Shown here: positions 9,461 to 18,715 of the stretch, piece by piece
Position numbering within the stretch: position 1 is the first letter of the stretch
How the letters are laid out: every line of letters begins with the position of its first letter
NCBI GenBank assembly: GCA_963701965.1
Contig: OY969695.1
Span: forward strand, 1,888,001-1,952,000
Direction: 5' to 3'
From: an uncultured Gemmatimonadales bacterium
GTDB lineage: Bacteria; Gemmatimonadota; Gemmatimonadetes; Gemmatimonadales; Gemmatimonadaceae
DNA length: 64,000 nucleotides
Made by a program: the position numbers and the translations under genes
The notes under the pieces: model-generated
Database searches by the model: none
What the model was told of the DNA's origin: nothing
What the model saw: the letters and a program-made list of their open reading frames with translations, nothing else

Positions 9461-10371
9461 GGCTCCCTCGCGTTCACGGCTTCGCGAAAGTGGTACTCGA
9501 GAAGCGTTTCAGTCGGCGCCACGCTCGCCAGCCGCGCGCCGAGGCGGAGTAGTTCGGCGACGCCGGTATTGAGCGCGTCGAGATCGATCTGGCGGAGCTC
9601 GAACGTCGTGGCATCGGTACCAATCGCCTGCGCGCTGGGGAACACGGCGGCAACGTGCGCGGCGCCAGTGGCGAGCGCCAGCCGATAGTCACGCACGGAA
9701 GGCGCTGTCGCCCCCGTGTCGACGGAGCGCACCACGCTGCCGCGATCGATGATGTACACGCGGTCGGTCAAGGCCGACAGCTCGGCCAGATCGTGCGACG
9801 CGATCAACATCGTGCGTCCCGGACGGCGGAGATTGCGCATGACGCTGCGGAACCGCAGCACCCACGTCGGGTCGAAACCGTGCGTCGGTTCATCGAGAAT
9901 GACCACGTCGGGATCCCCGAGCAGCGCTTGGGCCAGGCCGAGGCGCTGCCGGTTGCCCTTGGACAAGGCCCGCACCGGCTTCGTGCGATGCTCGTCGAGG
10001 CCCAGCACGTCGAGGAGCGCGCCCACCTGCCGCGCGATCTCATCGTCCGACAAGCCCGCCAGGAGCGCATAGCGCGTGAGGGCGTCGTCCGTACGCCAAC
10101 GCGGATTGATGCCGATCAGCTCCGACAGATAGGCGACGCCGTGTCGTTCCGCGTACTGGCGCGGCGGCAGGTCGCCGACGCGGATCGTGCCCGACGTCGG
10201 GGACAGGTACCCGAGCAAGAGCGCGATCAGCGTGCTCTTGCCGGCGCCGTTCGGCCCCGCGATACCCACGACCTCGCCCGCATCGACGCGCAACGTCAGA
10301 CGGTCCAGCGCGCGGATGGGCTCGCGCGCGGTCACCGGGAACAGCTTCGTCAGTTCCGCGCAGTCGATCAC
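9457..10371 (-). CDS. ABC transporter ATP-binding protein
   Basis: Walker A GPNGAGKST, signature LSKGN, Walker B VILDEP, H-loop ASH; GTG start overlaps the upstream stop. Confidence 0.95.
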   Translation of the reverse strand: MIDCAELTKLFPVTAREPIRALDRLTLRVDAGEVVGIAGPNGAGKSTLIALLLGYLSPTSGTIRVGDLPPRQYAERHGVAYLSELIGINPRWRTDDALTRYALLAGLSDDEIARQVGALLDVLGLDEHRTKPVRALSKGNRQRLGLAQALLGDPDVVILDEPTHGFDPTWVLRFRSVMRNLRRPGRTMLIASHDLAELSALTDRVYIIDRGSVVRSVDTGATAPSVRDYRLALATGAAHVAAVFPSAQAIGTDATTFELRQIDLDALNTGVAELLRLGARLASVAPTETLLEYHFREAVNAREP

Positions 10372-11288
10372 TTGGCCGCCGTCGCGCAGACGCTCCACGG
10401 GCCCTGGCCGGCGCGCGCCAGGAACTTCGTTCCTTCCTGCGTTTGGCCGAGGCGCATGAGCGTGCAACCGAAGAAGCCCAGCGCCGAGGGATCGCTCGGG
10501 TCCAGGGTGATGGCGCGCGTGTAGAATTTCTTCGCCAGATCGTACTGGCCCGCGGCCAGGAGCACCGCGCCCATCTCCCGTTCGGCCACGGCGTTGTCCG
10601 GCGCCAAACGGACCGCCGTCACCAGCTCGCTGCGCGCCGTCGTCAGATCGCCGCTCTCGCGGGCGATCCGGCCGAGGTAGATGTGCGGCTCCGCGGCCAT
10701 CGTATCGGCACGGGCCGCCGCCGTGAACAGGGCGCGCGCCGAGTCGACGCGGCCCGCGTTATACGAGGCGATCGCTCCCGCCAGCGCATCGCCGGTCCCG
10801 GCAGCTTGACTCCCAATTGCACCATTCTTGCCTTTTTTCATCATCATGACGACGCCCAAGCCGATGCCCGCGAGCGCGAGCACGGTGATCAGGCCGAGCA
10901 GCGCCGGCGGCACGCCACGCGACGGAGCTGGCGCCGCGATCGGCGTTGCGACCGGCACGGGTGATGAAACGGGAACGTCGGCGACGGGTCCTGCCGAGAG
11001 CTGCGCAAAGGCATCGTTGACCGCGGCAACGTCGGCGTCGGTCACCACATAGCCGGCAGCCTGGGCGCGATCACGCGCCGCGATGAATTCAATGAGCGCG
11101 TGCCCTTGTCCCAGCGTCAGGATATTGCGCTGCCGGAGATCCCGCACCAGGAGCTGTCCGACGAGCGACCGGTCACTGGCAATGGTCTGCAGCGCGGATT
11201 CCACGGCCGTCCACGCCGCCACGAGCGACGCGGCATCGCGCGCCGCCGTCAGTCGCTCGACGGCCGGGACGCGCACGGACCAGAGCAC
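10368..11288 (-). CDS. membrane-anchored TPR protein with N-terminal helical domain
   Basis: Pro-rich linker, TM segment LLGLITVLALAGIGLGVV, then TPR repeats (AEPHIYLGRIA, AVRLAPDN, AITLDPSD). Confidence 0.8.
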   Translation of the reverse strand: MLWSVRVPAVERLTAARDAASLVAAWTAVESALQTIASDRSLVGQLLVRDLRQRNILTLGQGHALIEFIAARDRAQAAGYVVTDADVAAVNDAFAQLSAGPVADVPVSSPVPVATPIAAPAPSRGVPPALLGLITVLALAGIGLGVVMMMKKGKNGAIGSQAAGTGDALAGAIASYNAGRVDSARALFTAAARADTMAAEPHIYLGRIARESGDLTTARSELVTAVRLAPDNAVAEREMGAVLLAAGQYDLAKKFYTRAITLDPSDPSALGFFGCTLMRLGQTQEGTKFLARAGQGPWSVCATAAK

Positions 11289-11315
11289 CGTTATACGGGG
11301 GCCCTCCCGGGGCCG

Positions 11316-12437
11316 TCACCGCACGATGCGGAGTAACCCCGCGTCAGCGCTGCCGCGAATGAAACTCTCCGCGTCCGTCGTGGGGATCTCCATCCCGGTC
11401 TTGGAGAACCCGCGCCGCGCCTCGGTCTGCATGTACTCCACGAGCGGCCGCCCGGCGTACGACGCGTCGGCATCCCGCATGCAGCGGACAATCTCGTCCC
11501 AGGTCCCGTCGAATTCCCGACCCTCGCACACAATGGTGTGCTCGGCGGTGGGCGACGAGATCGGGCGCTTTTGGCCGGCGAGATCATTGAGCAAGGCACC
11601 GAACAGCTCCAGCTGTCCCCGCGCTTCGTTCTGCGCCTCGTCCGCCGCGCGCTGCTCGATCTCGGCCAGCATGTCGTCAATGTCGTCCGACTCGCCCGCC
11701 AACTCCGTCAACCGATCATCCCAGGGCTTGAGCTCCGGATCGTCGTCGGCGAGCCGATAGACGGTTTTCTTGAGCTCGACCAGGCGCCAGATGCCCAGCT
11801 CGTCCCAGTGGTCGTCCGGCGACGTCCGGTCGAGATGGTACAGTGCTGCCTCGTACTCGCCCCGATCGTAGAGGATGTTGCCGAGATAGATCCGCGCTTC
11901 GGCGTGATCCCCATCGAGCTGCAGCGCACTCCGCAACGTCGCGATCGCCGCGTCCGTCTCTCCCATCCGATGCTGCGCGTACCCCACGCAGGCGACCGCC
12001 TCGGCCGAATCCGGTGTCTGCTGGACCGCGATGTCGAAGAACTCCTGCGCCGCCTCGATCAGCCCCTCGCGAAAGAGCGCGCGTCCCGCTTGGAGCATGA
12101 GCTCCACATCGTCCCGGTACCCCAGCTCCAGGATGCGGCGAAAATTCTTGAGCGCCCACGCCTGCTGCCCGAACTTGAGGAGCGTTTCGCCCAGACCGGC
12201 CAGCGCATCCTCGTGCTCGGGATCGAGCACCAACGCCTCCTCGAAGCTCCGCCGCGCCCAGGCATACTCCTCACGGGCCAGCCGCGCATACCCGACGCCG
12301 ACGTGGAGCTCTACGGCGTTCGGATACAGCGAGAGCCCCTCGCGGAGCACGTCGAGCGCCTCGTCATACTGCCCCTCGTTATAGAGCTGATGCGCGCGCT
12401 CATCGTACTCCTCGGAGCTCAGGAACGGGGATGGCAT
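11316..12437 (-). CDS. tetratricopeptide repeat protein
   Basis: Serial TPRs (ALVLDPEH, AVQQTPDS, AEARIYLGNIL); GGAGG RBS upstream of ATG 12437. Confidence 0.9.
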   Translation of the reverse strand: MPSPFLSSEEYDERAHQLYNEGQYDEALDVLREGLSLYPNAVELHVGVGYARLAREEYAWARRSFEEALVLDPEHEDALAGLGETLLKFGQQAWALKNFRRILELGYRDDVELMLQAGRALFREGLIEAAQEFFDIAVQQTPDSAEAVACVGYAQHRMGETDAAIATLRSALQLDGDHAEARIYLGNILYDRGEYEAALYHLDRTSPDDHWDELGIWRLVELKKTVYRLADDDPELKPWDDRLTELAGESDDIDDMLAEIEQRAADEAQNEARGQLELFGALLNDLAGQKRPISSPTAEHTIVCEGREFDGTWDEIVRCMRDADASYAGRPLVEYMQTEARRGFSKTGMEIPTTDAESFIRGSADAGLLRIVR

Positions 12438-12473
12438 GGCTCGGCGGTCCTCCAGCACTTGAGGGGTATTCCT

Positions 12474-12503
12474 ATTGTACTATTCGAGCAGCCCCGAGTT
12501 CAA
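12474..12503 (-). promoter_or_regulatory. candidate sigma70 promoter for the TPR-ABC-M16 operon
   Basis: Minus strand TTGAAC-N18-TACAAT upstream of the RBS. Confidence 0.5.
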
Positions 12504-12823
12504 CTATTTGGTCCCCCGCCGCCGTGACGCGTCGTACGCGGTGGCACGCGTTTTGGCGCCGTGTCACAAACGGCGGCTGGCGCCGCTTCGTTCATGCGCG
12601 CGGCCCGCGCGTTTGTCGCCGAATCCACCCACGCCGTGAGATCCGTCAACTGCGTCGTCGGGTGCCTGGCGACGGCGTGTGTCGTGTCAACCGCCGCCAC
12701 GGGTGCCGGCGCCGCGGCGCGGCGCGCCGGCGGCGGCGTAACGCCCGCGAACTGCGCCTGGACCGTCGCCGGGATGGCCCAAACCGCGACGCCGAGCACG
12801 CTTCCTACCACCACGCCCCTCAT
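12500..12823 (-). CDS. small secreted hypothetical protein
   Basis: Signal peptide MRGVVVGSVLGVAVWAIPATVQA-QF; Ala/Pro-rich mature part. Confidence 0.55.
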   Translation of the reverse strand: MRGVVVGSVLGVAVWAIPATVQAQFAGVTPPPARRAAAPAPVAAVDTTHAVARHPTTQLTDLTAWVDSATNARAARMNEAAPAAVCDTAPKRVPPRTTRHGGGGPNS

Positions 12824-12855
12824 GAGGTGACGTCGGGCGCAGGTCTCGTGCCCCG

Positions 12856-14514
12856 TCACGGAATCGCGGATGTGGCCGAAGCCGCCGCCCGGTGGAACTC
12901 GGCGTCCGCGTTCCACGTCGGGAATGCCGGGGCGTTCGCCAACGACTCACCGAACCCGAGCACGAGAGTCGACAGCTGCACCGCTCCACTGAGATCGAAG
13001 TCCGGCCGGTATTCGTCCGACGGCTGATGGTAGCGGTGCGCCGTGTAGTCGTCCTCTTGCTCGACGCCCCAATTCTTCGGCCGCCCCACGTAGTCCGTCC
13101 CCGCGCCGATCGAGAGCGCTGGCACGCCGACCTTGGCAAACGAGAAGTGGTCGGAGCGATAGAAGTGGCCCTGCTCGGGATGCGACTCCGGAGACAATCG
13201 GAGACCGCGCGACGCCACGTATTTCGCCAGTGACGGCCCCAGCGAGCTTTTGTGCTCACCCAGCACCGACAGGTCCGACACGCGGCCCAGCAGATTGCCG
13301 CCATCAATGTTCAGGTTGGCCACCAGCCCGTTCACCGGCACCGTCGGATGCTGCGCGAAATACGCCGAGCCCAGAAGGCCCGACTCCTCCCCGGTCACCA
13401 GCAGGAAGAGCAACGAGCGACGCGGCCGCATGGCCTCGGGCGTCGCCGCCGCGGCCCGGGCCATCGCCAGCACGTCGGCGACGCCGGACGCATTGTCCTC
13501 GGCCCCGTTGTAGATCGAGTCGCCGTTCACCGCCGGACCGATGCCCAAGTGGTCCCAGTGCGCCGAGAACACCACGTACTGGTTGCGCAACACGGGATCG
13601 CGGCCTCGGACCACACCAACGACATTCTCCGACTGCAAATGTTGCACGTGGTTGGCGAACGCGGCGTCGATCATGATGCCGGTCGACACCGGGTGGAAAT
13701 CCCGGGACGCGGCCTGCGTGCGGAGGCGCGAAAGATCGAGACCGGCCTGTCCCAAGAGCGCCGTGGCCGCGCTGTCCGTGATCCAGCCGCGCACACCCAG
13801 GGGCGGCGGCAGCGTCGGATCGCGCGGCAGCATGCGCAACTCCTTGGCCCAGGAGCCGACGACCGTGTGCCACGGATACCCGGCCCGCTCGGTCGTGTGC
13901 ACGATGAGGCATCCCACGGCGCCGCGACGCTCGGCTTCCTCGAACTTGTACGTCCAGCGCCCGTAGTAGACCATCGTGTTGCCGCCGAACAACGCCGGCT
14001 CGCTCGGCGGCGCCGGGGGATCGTTCACCAGTACCAGCAGGACCTTGCCGCGGACGTCGACGCCTTTGAAGTCGTCCCACCGATACTCCGGCGCGGTCGC
14101 GCCGTAGCCCACGAAAACCAACTCACCCTTGGCGGCGCTGGACTCGGTCGCCGAACCGGCGCCCACGACCACGTCGTCCGGATAGCGGAGGTTGGCCGTC
14201 GCCTTGCCCGACGCGGTCACGTGCAACGTCGACCGGTCCGCCGCCACGACGTCGATCGGGACGGTCTGGAGGAATGTGCCGCTGGTTCCCGCCGGTTCAA
14301 TGCCGCCGGCTTGGAGCACCGTGGCAATGTAGCTCGCCGCCAACTGTCCGCCGCGGGTCGCTGGTGCCCGCCCCTCGAGCAAATCGGAAGACAGAAAACG
14401 CAGATCGCCATCGATCTCGGCGGCCGAGATCTTGCCACCCTGGGCGAACGCCGCGCGGGTGAGAACGCACGTCGCGGCAATGACACATCGCAAAACCAAG
14501 CGTCTTATCATCAC
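12856..14514 (-). CDS. M28 family aminopeptidase with PA domain, secreted
   Basis: SAHWDHLG, NGAEDNASG, GEESGLLGS, RSDHFSF and YHQPSD motifs; signal peptide ending AFA-Q. Confidence 0.92.
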   Translation of the reverse strand: MMIRRLVLRCVIAATCVLTRAAFAQGGKISAAEIDGDLRFLSSDLLEGRAPATRGGQLAASYIATVLQAGGIEPAGTSGTFLQTVPIDVVAADRSTLHVTASGKATANLRYPDDVVVGAGSATESSAAKGELVFVGYGATAPEYRWDDFKGVDVRGKVLLVLVNDPPAPPSEPALFGGNTMVYYGRWTYKFEEAERRGAVGCLIVHTTERAGYPWHTVVGSWAKELRMLPRDPTLPPPLGVRGWITDSAATALLGQAGLDLSRLRTQAASRDFHPVSTGIMIDAAFANHVQHLQSENVVGVVRGRDPVLRNQYVVFSAHWDHLGIGPAVNGDSIYNGAEDNASGVADVLAMARAAAATPEAMRPRRSLLFLLVTGEESGLLGSAYFAQHPTVPVNGLVANLNIDGGNLLGRVSDLSVLGEHKSSLGPSLAKYVASRGLRLSPESHPEQGHFYRSDHFSFAKVGVPALSIGAGTDYVGRPKNWGVEQEDDYTAHRYHQPSDEYRPDFDLSGAVQLSTLVLGFGESLANAPAFPTWNADAEFHRAAASATSAIP

Positions 14515-14549
14515 ACCCCCACTATACATATTCCCGAGGATCGCGCGCC

Positions 14550-14873
14550 ATGCTCGCACTCGCCCGTCTCATCGCGGTCACCCTGTTTCTCATGATCCCG
14601 GCTGTCGCGCGCGCCCAAGCGGCCGGCCCGACCTTAGAGGCGGCTACGGCTGGCGTACGGGTCCACGTCGAGACGGAACAAATGTCTCCGCAGGAGTCGG
14701 CCGACCGGGCGGCGGCAGCCGGGGGCGGCGGCTTGGGCACCGGAGGCGCCCTCATGATCGTCGGCGGAGCGGCTTTGGTGGCTGGATTGCTGATCGGCGG
14801 AGGCGCCGGGACCGCGGTCGCGATCGGGGGAGTCGCCGTAGGGGCATACGGCTTGTATGTGTTTCTGAAATAA
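14550..14873 (+). CDS. small exported/membrane protein with Gly-rich hydrophobic hairpin
   Basis: Signal peptide (ARA-Q) and C-terminal GGALMIVGGAALVAGLLIGGGAGTAVAIGG helices. Confidence 0.7.
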   Translation: MLALARLIAVTLFLMIPAVARAQAAGPTLEAATAGVRVHVETEQMSPQESADRAAAAGGGGLGTGGALMIVGGAALVAGLLIGGGAGTAVAIGGVAVGAYGLYVFLK

Positions 14874-14921
14874 AGCCTTACGCGGGCGTGACTGGAGTCC
14901 GACCCGGCTAGTCATGTAAGC

Positions 14922-16535
14922 ATGGCGCGCACGCAGGCTTCGACCGAAGGCAGCAAAGTGCACGACGCTGCCCGGATCGTGGCCCGCGTGGTGGCGGTCG
15001 CCGCGGCCCTGGGCACTGTTTTGACGTCCATCCACGAGATGGGCCTCGACGGCGCCCAGACCCGCCGGACCGTCGGGAATTTCGGCGCCACCTGGGTGGG
15101 CCTCGCGCCGGCCAGCGATACCGCGACATCGATCGGCGACACCCTCCATCTCGCCGCTACAGTCACCGACAAACATGGCACGGCGCTCGTCGGCACGAAC
15201 ATCAAGTGGGCTGTCGACCATCCCGAAGTGGCCTCCATCAACGGCGACGGCACCGTCATCGCGCGCGGGCTGGGATCGGCCACGGTCGTCGTGACGGTGG
15301 GTGAGCTGCTGGCCCGGGCCACGGTCGTGGTGCGACCCGTGGCTTCCGCGGTGCACATCGCGGCCGACAGCGCCATCACCCTGCCGGAGCTCGCCAACCA
15401 CCCGCTCTCGGCTACGGCCACCGACGCGCGCGGACACGTGATCGGCGCGCGCTTCGCGCGCTGGCACACCAGTGACAGCACCGTAGCCACGATCGACACC
15501 GTCGGGATGGTGCGAGCCGTGCGCGAGGGCCACGCGACGATCACGGCGACGGTGGATGGCGCGTCGGCAGACGCGCCCATCACCGTCGTGCCGGTTCCGG
15601 GCGCTCTGACCTTGCTGGCGGGCGGCGGCCAAGACGGGCCGGCAGGCGCCAGCCTGCCGGAGCCCATCACCGTGCGCGTGCTGTCGCGCCGGGGAAAACC
15701 CCTCGGCGGGCAGACCGTGCATTTCAAGCAGGCCGACGCCAACGCGACGGCGGAGATCGCGACGGTCGTCAGCGACGCCAATGGTCGCGCGCGCTGTCCG
15801 TGGAAGCTGGGCGATCTCGCCGGTCGCCAGCGCCTGGTGGCGAGCACGGACGGCGTGGACAGCGTCGTGACCGTCGTGGCCGAGGCGGAACCGGTCAACG
15901 CCAATACCCGGATGGCGGTCCTCGCCGATAGCCAGACGGCGAAGATCGCGACGGCACTGACCATGCCCATTGGGGTCCGGTTGACCGACACGACCGGTCG
16001 CGTGATGGGCAATGTGTCCGTGCGTTGGATCGCGCTCAATGGCGGGACGGTCACGGGCGCCGCGCCGCGGACGGATTCCGTCGGCGAAGTGCGCGCCAGC
16101 TGGGTGCTCGGCCCCCACGTGGGGACGCAACGCGTCCGCGTGCTGGTCGGCGACGGCCGGTCCGTGCGTCCCGCGATCGTGCGCGCGCACGCCCTCCCCG
16201 GCCCCGCGGCGGCGATCGCGATCATCGCCGGCGACGCCCAGCATGCCGCCCCGGGCGCGACGCTGCCCAAGGCCGTCGCCCTCCGCGTGACCGACGCCGC
16301 CGGGAACCCCGTGAGCGCCGTCGCGGTAAGTCTGTCGCCGGCTCGCGCGTGGTCGGACAGCACGCCCGTCACCGACTCCAACGGCGTGGTGCGCGGCACA
16401 TGGACGCTGGCGAACGCACCAGGCACGCAACATGTGACGGCTCGCGTCGACGGCGTGCCAAAGACGGTGCAGATTACGGCGGTCGCGGCGCCAATCGCGG
16501 TGTCAGCGCGATCCCGCAAGCACCATCCGGGGTAA
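14922..16535 (+). CDS. bacterial Ig-like repeat (Big_2/Big_1-type) surface protein
   Basis: Repeated W-x-S/V-D...VATI-D..G.V.A...G.ATIT and TD..G.....W.LG...G.Q motifs; N-terminal TM. Confidence 0.8.
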   Translation: MARTQASTEGSKVHDAARIVARVVAVAAALGTVLTSIHEMGLDGAQTRRTVGNFGATWVGLAPASDTATSIGDTLHLAATVTDKHGTALVGTNIKWAVDHPEVASINGDGTVIARGLGSATVVVTVGELLARATVVVRPVASAVHIAADSAITLPELANHPLSATATDARGHVIGARFARWHTSDSTVATIDTVGMVRAVREGHATITATVDGASADAPITVVPVPGALTLLAGGGQDGPAGASLPEPITVRVLSRRGKPLGGQTVHFKQADANATAEIATVVSDANGRARCPWKLGDLAGRQRLVASTDGVDSVVTVVAEAEPVNANTRMAVLADSQTAKIATALTMPIGVRLTDTTGRVMGNVSVRWIALNGGTVTGAAPRTDSVGEVRASWVLGPHVGTQRVRVLVGDGRSVRPAIVRAHALPGPAAAIAIIAGDAQHAAPGATLPKAVALRVTDAAGNPVSAVAVSLSPARAWSDSTPVTDSNGVVRGTWTLANAPGTQHVTARVDGVPKTVQITAVAAPIAVSARSRKHHPG

Positions 16536-16543
16536 CACCAGGT

Positions 16544-17641
16544 ATGCAAAAGGCTCGCGTGGCCCTCGCCTTGGGCGGTGGCGGGATGAAAGGGTTTGCG
16601 CACATCGGCGTGATCCGGGCGCTCGAAGAGCTTGGGATCGAGCCGGTCGTGTACGCCGGCACCAGCATCGGCGCGCTGATCGCCGCGGCCCGCGGCTGTG
16701 GCGCCTCCGTCCGCCGCATGACCGAGCACGCCGAGCGACTCAAGCGCCGCGATTTGTTCCGGCTCAATCACGTCGCCATGCTGCTGGAGCGCATGCGCGC
16801 GCCCTCGATCTACGCCGGCGAGCCGTTGCGGGCCTTGATCGAGGAAAACGTGCCCGAAGGGCGGTTCGACGCGCTGCCCGTGCAGGTCCTCGTGAGCACG
16901 GTCGACGTCGAGCGGGGCACCCAGATCGCCTGGGGCTTGCCTGGCTTGCGCGATGTGTCCGTGCGCGATGCGGTCTACGCTTCGTGCGCCCTGCCCGGCT
17001 TCTTCCCGCCGGGACAGGTGAACGGGCGGCTATGCATCGACGGTGGCACGATCGACAATCTCCCCGTGGCCGTGGCCGCCCCCTATGCCGACGTCGTCAT
17101 CGCCGTCGACGTCGGATCGTCGGAGCTGTCGAACAACGAGTCGATCGTCGCGCGCGGTTTCGCCAACACCTACATGCGCGCGGCCACCGTCATGATGCAC
17201 GCCCTGCAGAACTACCAGCTGACGCAGTGGGACGGCCCGCCAATGGTCCTGGTGCGCCCGCGCCTCGGGCACGTGGGGTGGCTGCGCTTCGGCGACACGC
17301 CGGCGCTGATCGATGAGGGATATCGCGCCGCGCGTGAAGCCCTGCGCAACTTCGGCGAGATCGCGGCGGCGGCCGGCGGCGTGTTTCCCCGCAAGCGGGT
17401 ACGGATCGAAGTCGATCGCGCCCTCTGCGTGGGATGCGGGACCTGCGTGGCGATGGCGCCGGACACCATGAAGCTCGACGCCGAGCACAAAGCCGTGACC
17501 CAGACCGCGACCGTCACGTGGTCGCCCGCGGACGGCGAATTCATCCACCATTGTCCGACCGGCGCCTTGTCGGTGGCGCCGGCCCGCCGTTCCGGTCAGC
17601 CCGTACTGCGCGCCAGCGCGTCGACGGCCAAGCGCTCGTAG
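16544..17641 (+). CDS. patatin-like phospholipase fused to a C-terminal ferredoxin
   Basis: GGGGMKG, GTSIG, DGG; C-terminal IEVDRALCVGCGTC...CPTGAL. ATG 16544. Confidence 0.9.
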   Translation: MQKARVALALGGGGMKGFAHIGVIRALEELGIEPVVYAGTSIGALIAAARGCGASVRRMTEHAERLKRRDLFRLNHVAMLLERMRAPSIYAGEPLRALIEENVPEGRFDALPVQVLVSTVDVERGTQIAWGLPGLRDVSVRDAVYASCALPGFFPPGQVNGRLCIDGGTIDNLPVAVAAPYADVVIAVDVGSSELSNNESIVARGFANTYMRAATVMMHALQNYQLTQWDGPPMVLVRPRLGHVGWLRFGDTPALIDEGYRAAREALRNFGEIAAAAGGVFPRKRVRIEVDRALCVGCGTCVAMAPDTMKLDAEHKAVTQTATVTWSPADGEFIHHCPTGALSVAPARRSGQPVLRASASTAKRS

Positions 17642-18618
17642 ATCCCGACCGACCGGCGGAGCTCGTCCAGCTCGATGAACTCGTCGTCCGTGTGCGCGAC
17701 GTGGATCGAGCCCGGGCCGAAGAGATAGGGTGTGCCCCAGTTGGTGAGCTTGGGAATGTCCGTCGCGTAGGCGACGACGGATGTCGGCAGATCCGGGAGC
17801 CGCCCCAGTCGGACCGGCGGCACCAACGCCTCCACCTCGAGTGTGGCCGACGGCACGCGTTCGGCGATCCAGTGCCGGAGGAGATCGGCGACCTCATCGG
17901 CCGGCGTCACCAGGCGCGCCATGAGCCGCGCTTCGGCCCACGGCGCGATGACGTTGTCGGCCACGCCGCCCGCCAGCGATCCAATGTTGATGGTCGTCTC
18001 GCCGAGCAGCGGGTCGCGCGGGAGCGGCAAGGTATCGAGCTCGGCGAGCAGGTGCACGAGATCCCGGGTCGCCGAGTGTCCGAGCGACGGGTACGCCGAG
18101 TGCGCCGCTTTGCCGGTGGTGCGCAGCACGAGGCGCATCGCGCCTTTTGTTCCTCGGGCCAGCGTGCTTTCGGTCGGCTCGCCGTTGATCAGCACACGGC
18201 TCGCCGTGGGCACCAGGTTCGCGGCGGTGGCGCCATCATGGATCGTCTCTTCACCCACGACGAACAGCAACGCCACGGGCACATCGCGCGCGCGCAGACG
18301 CTCCGCCGCACAGGCCATGGCGGCCGCTATGCCCTTGGCATCACACGCGCCTCGACCGTAGAGTCGTCCGCCCGCGAAGCGGGGCGGAATAAATGGCGGC
18401 ACAGTGTCGAGATGCGTGCTCAGGGTGACCGTCGGCGCATCGGTCGCGGTGATCCAGAGGTCGTCGCGGCCCGCCGACACCGGAATGCGACGCACGCGCC
18501 AGTCGCGCGCCGTCATCAGATCCTCGACAAAGGCGAGGACCTCGCCTTCGTTGCCGCTGGTCGACTCCAGGCGGACGAGTTCCGCGGCCAATGTCGCCGG
18601 ATCGAGTGGATTGGGCAT
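17596..18618 (-). CDS. M20 family metallohydrolase (ArgE/DapE-like)
   Basis: STHLDTVP, GRGACDAKG, VGEE, NGEPT and FGPGSIHVAHT motifs. Confidence 0.9.
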   Translation of the reverse strand: MPNPLDPATLAAELVRLESTSGNEGEVLAFVEDLMTARDWRVRRIPVSAGRDDLWITATDAPTVTLSTHLDTVPPFIPPRFAGGRLYGRGACDAKGIAAAMACAAERLRARDVPVALLFVVGEETIHDGATAANLVPTASRVLINGEPTESTLARGTKGAMRLVLRTTGKAAHSAYPSLGHSATRDLVHLLAELDTLPLPRDPLLGETTINIGSLAGGVADNVIAPWAEARLMARLVTPADEVADLLRHWIAERVPSATLEVEALVPPVRLGRLPDLPTSVVAYATDIPKLTNWGTPYLFGPGSIHVAHTDDEFIELDELRRSVGIYERLAVDALARSTG

Positions 18619-18715
18619 GGCGAGAAATGGCGCTCGATCGAGATTTCAGACAGCCTGTGCGGGAAGCACGGCCCCCGCGCAGTGGCTCCGTTCTCGACGC
18701 TTTGCGGAATCCCCC

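Noticed and set aside
16544..17641. Patatin as a CBASS/anti-phage effector
   Set aside because: No cyclase or other defence genes adjacent; sequence resembles housekeeping RssA/NTE-type patatins.
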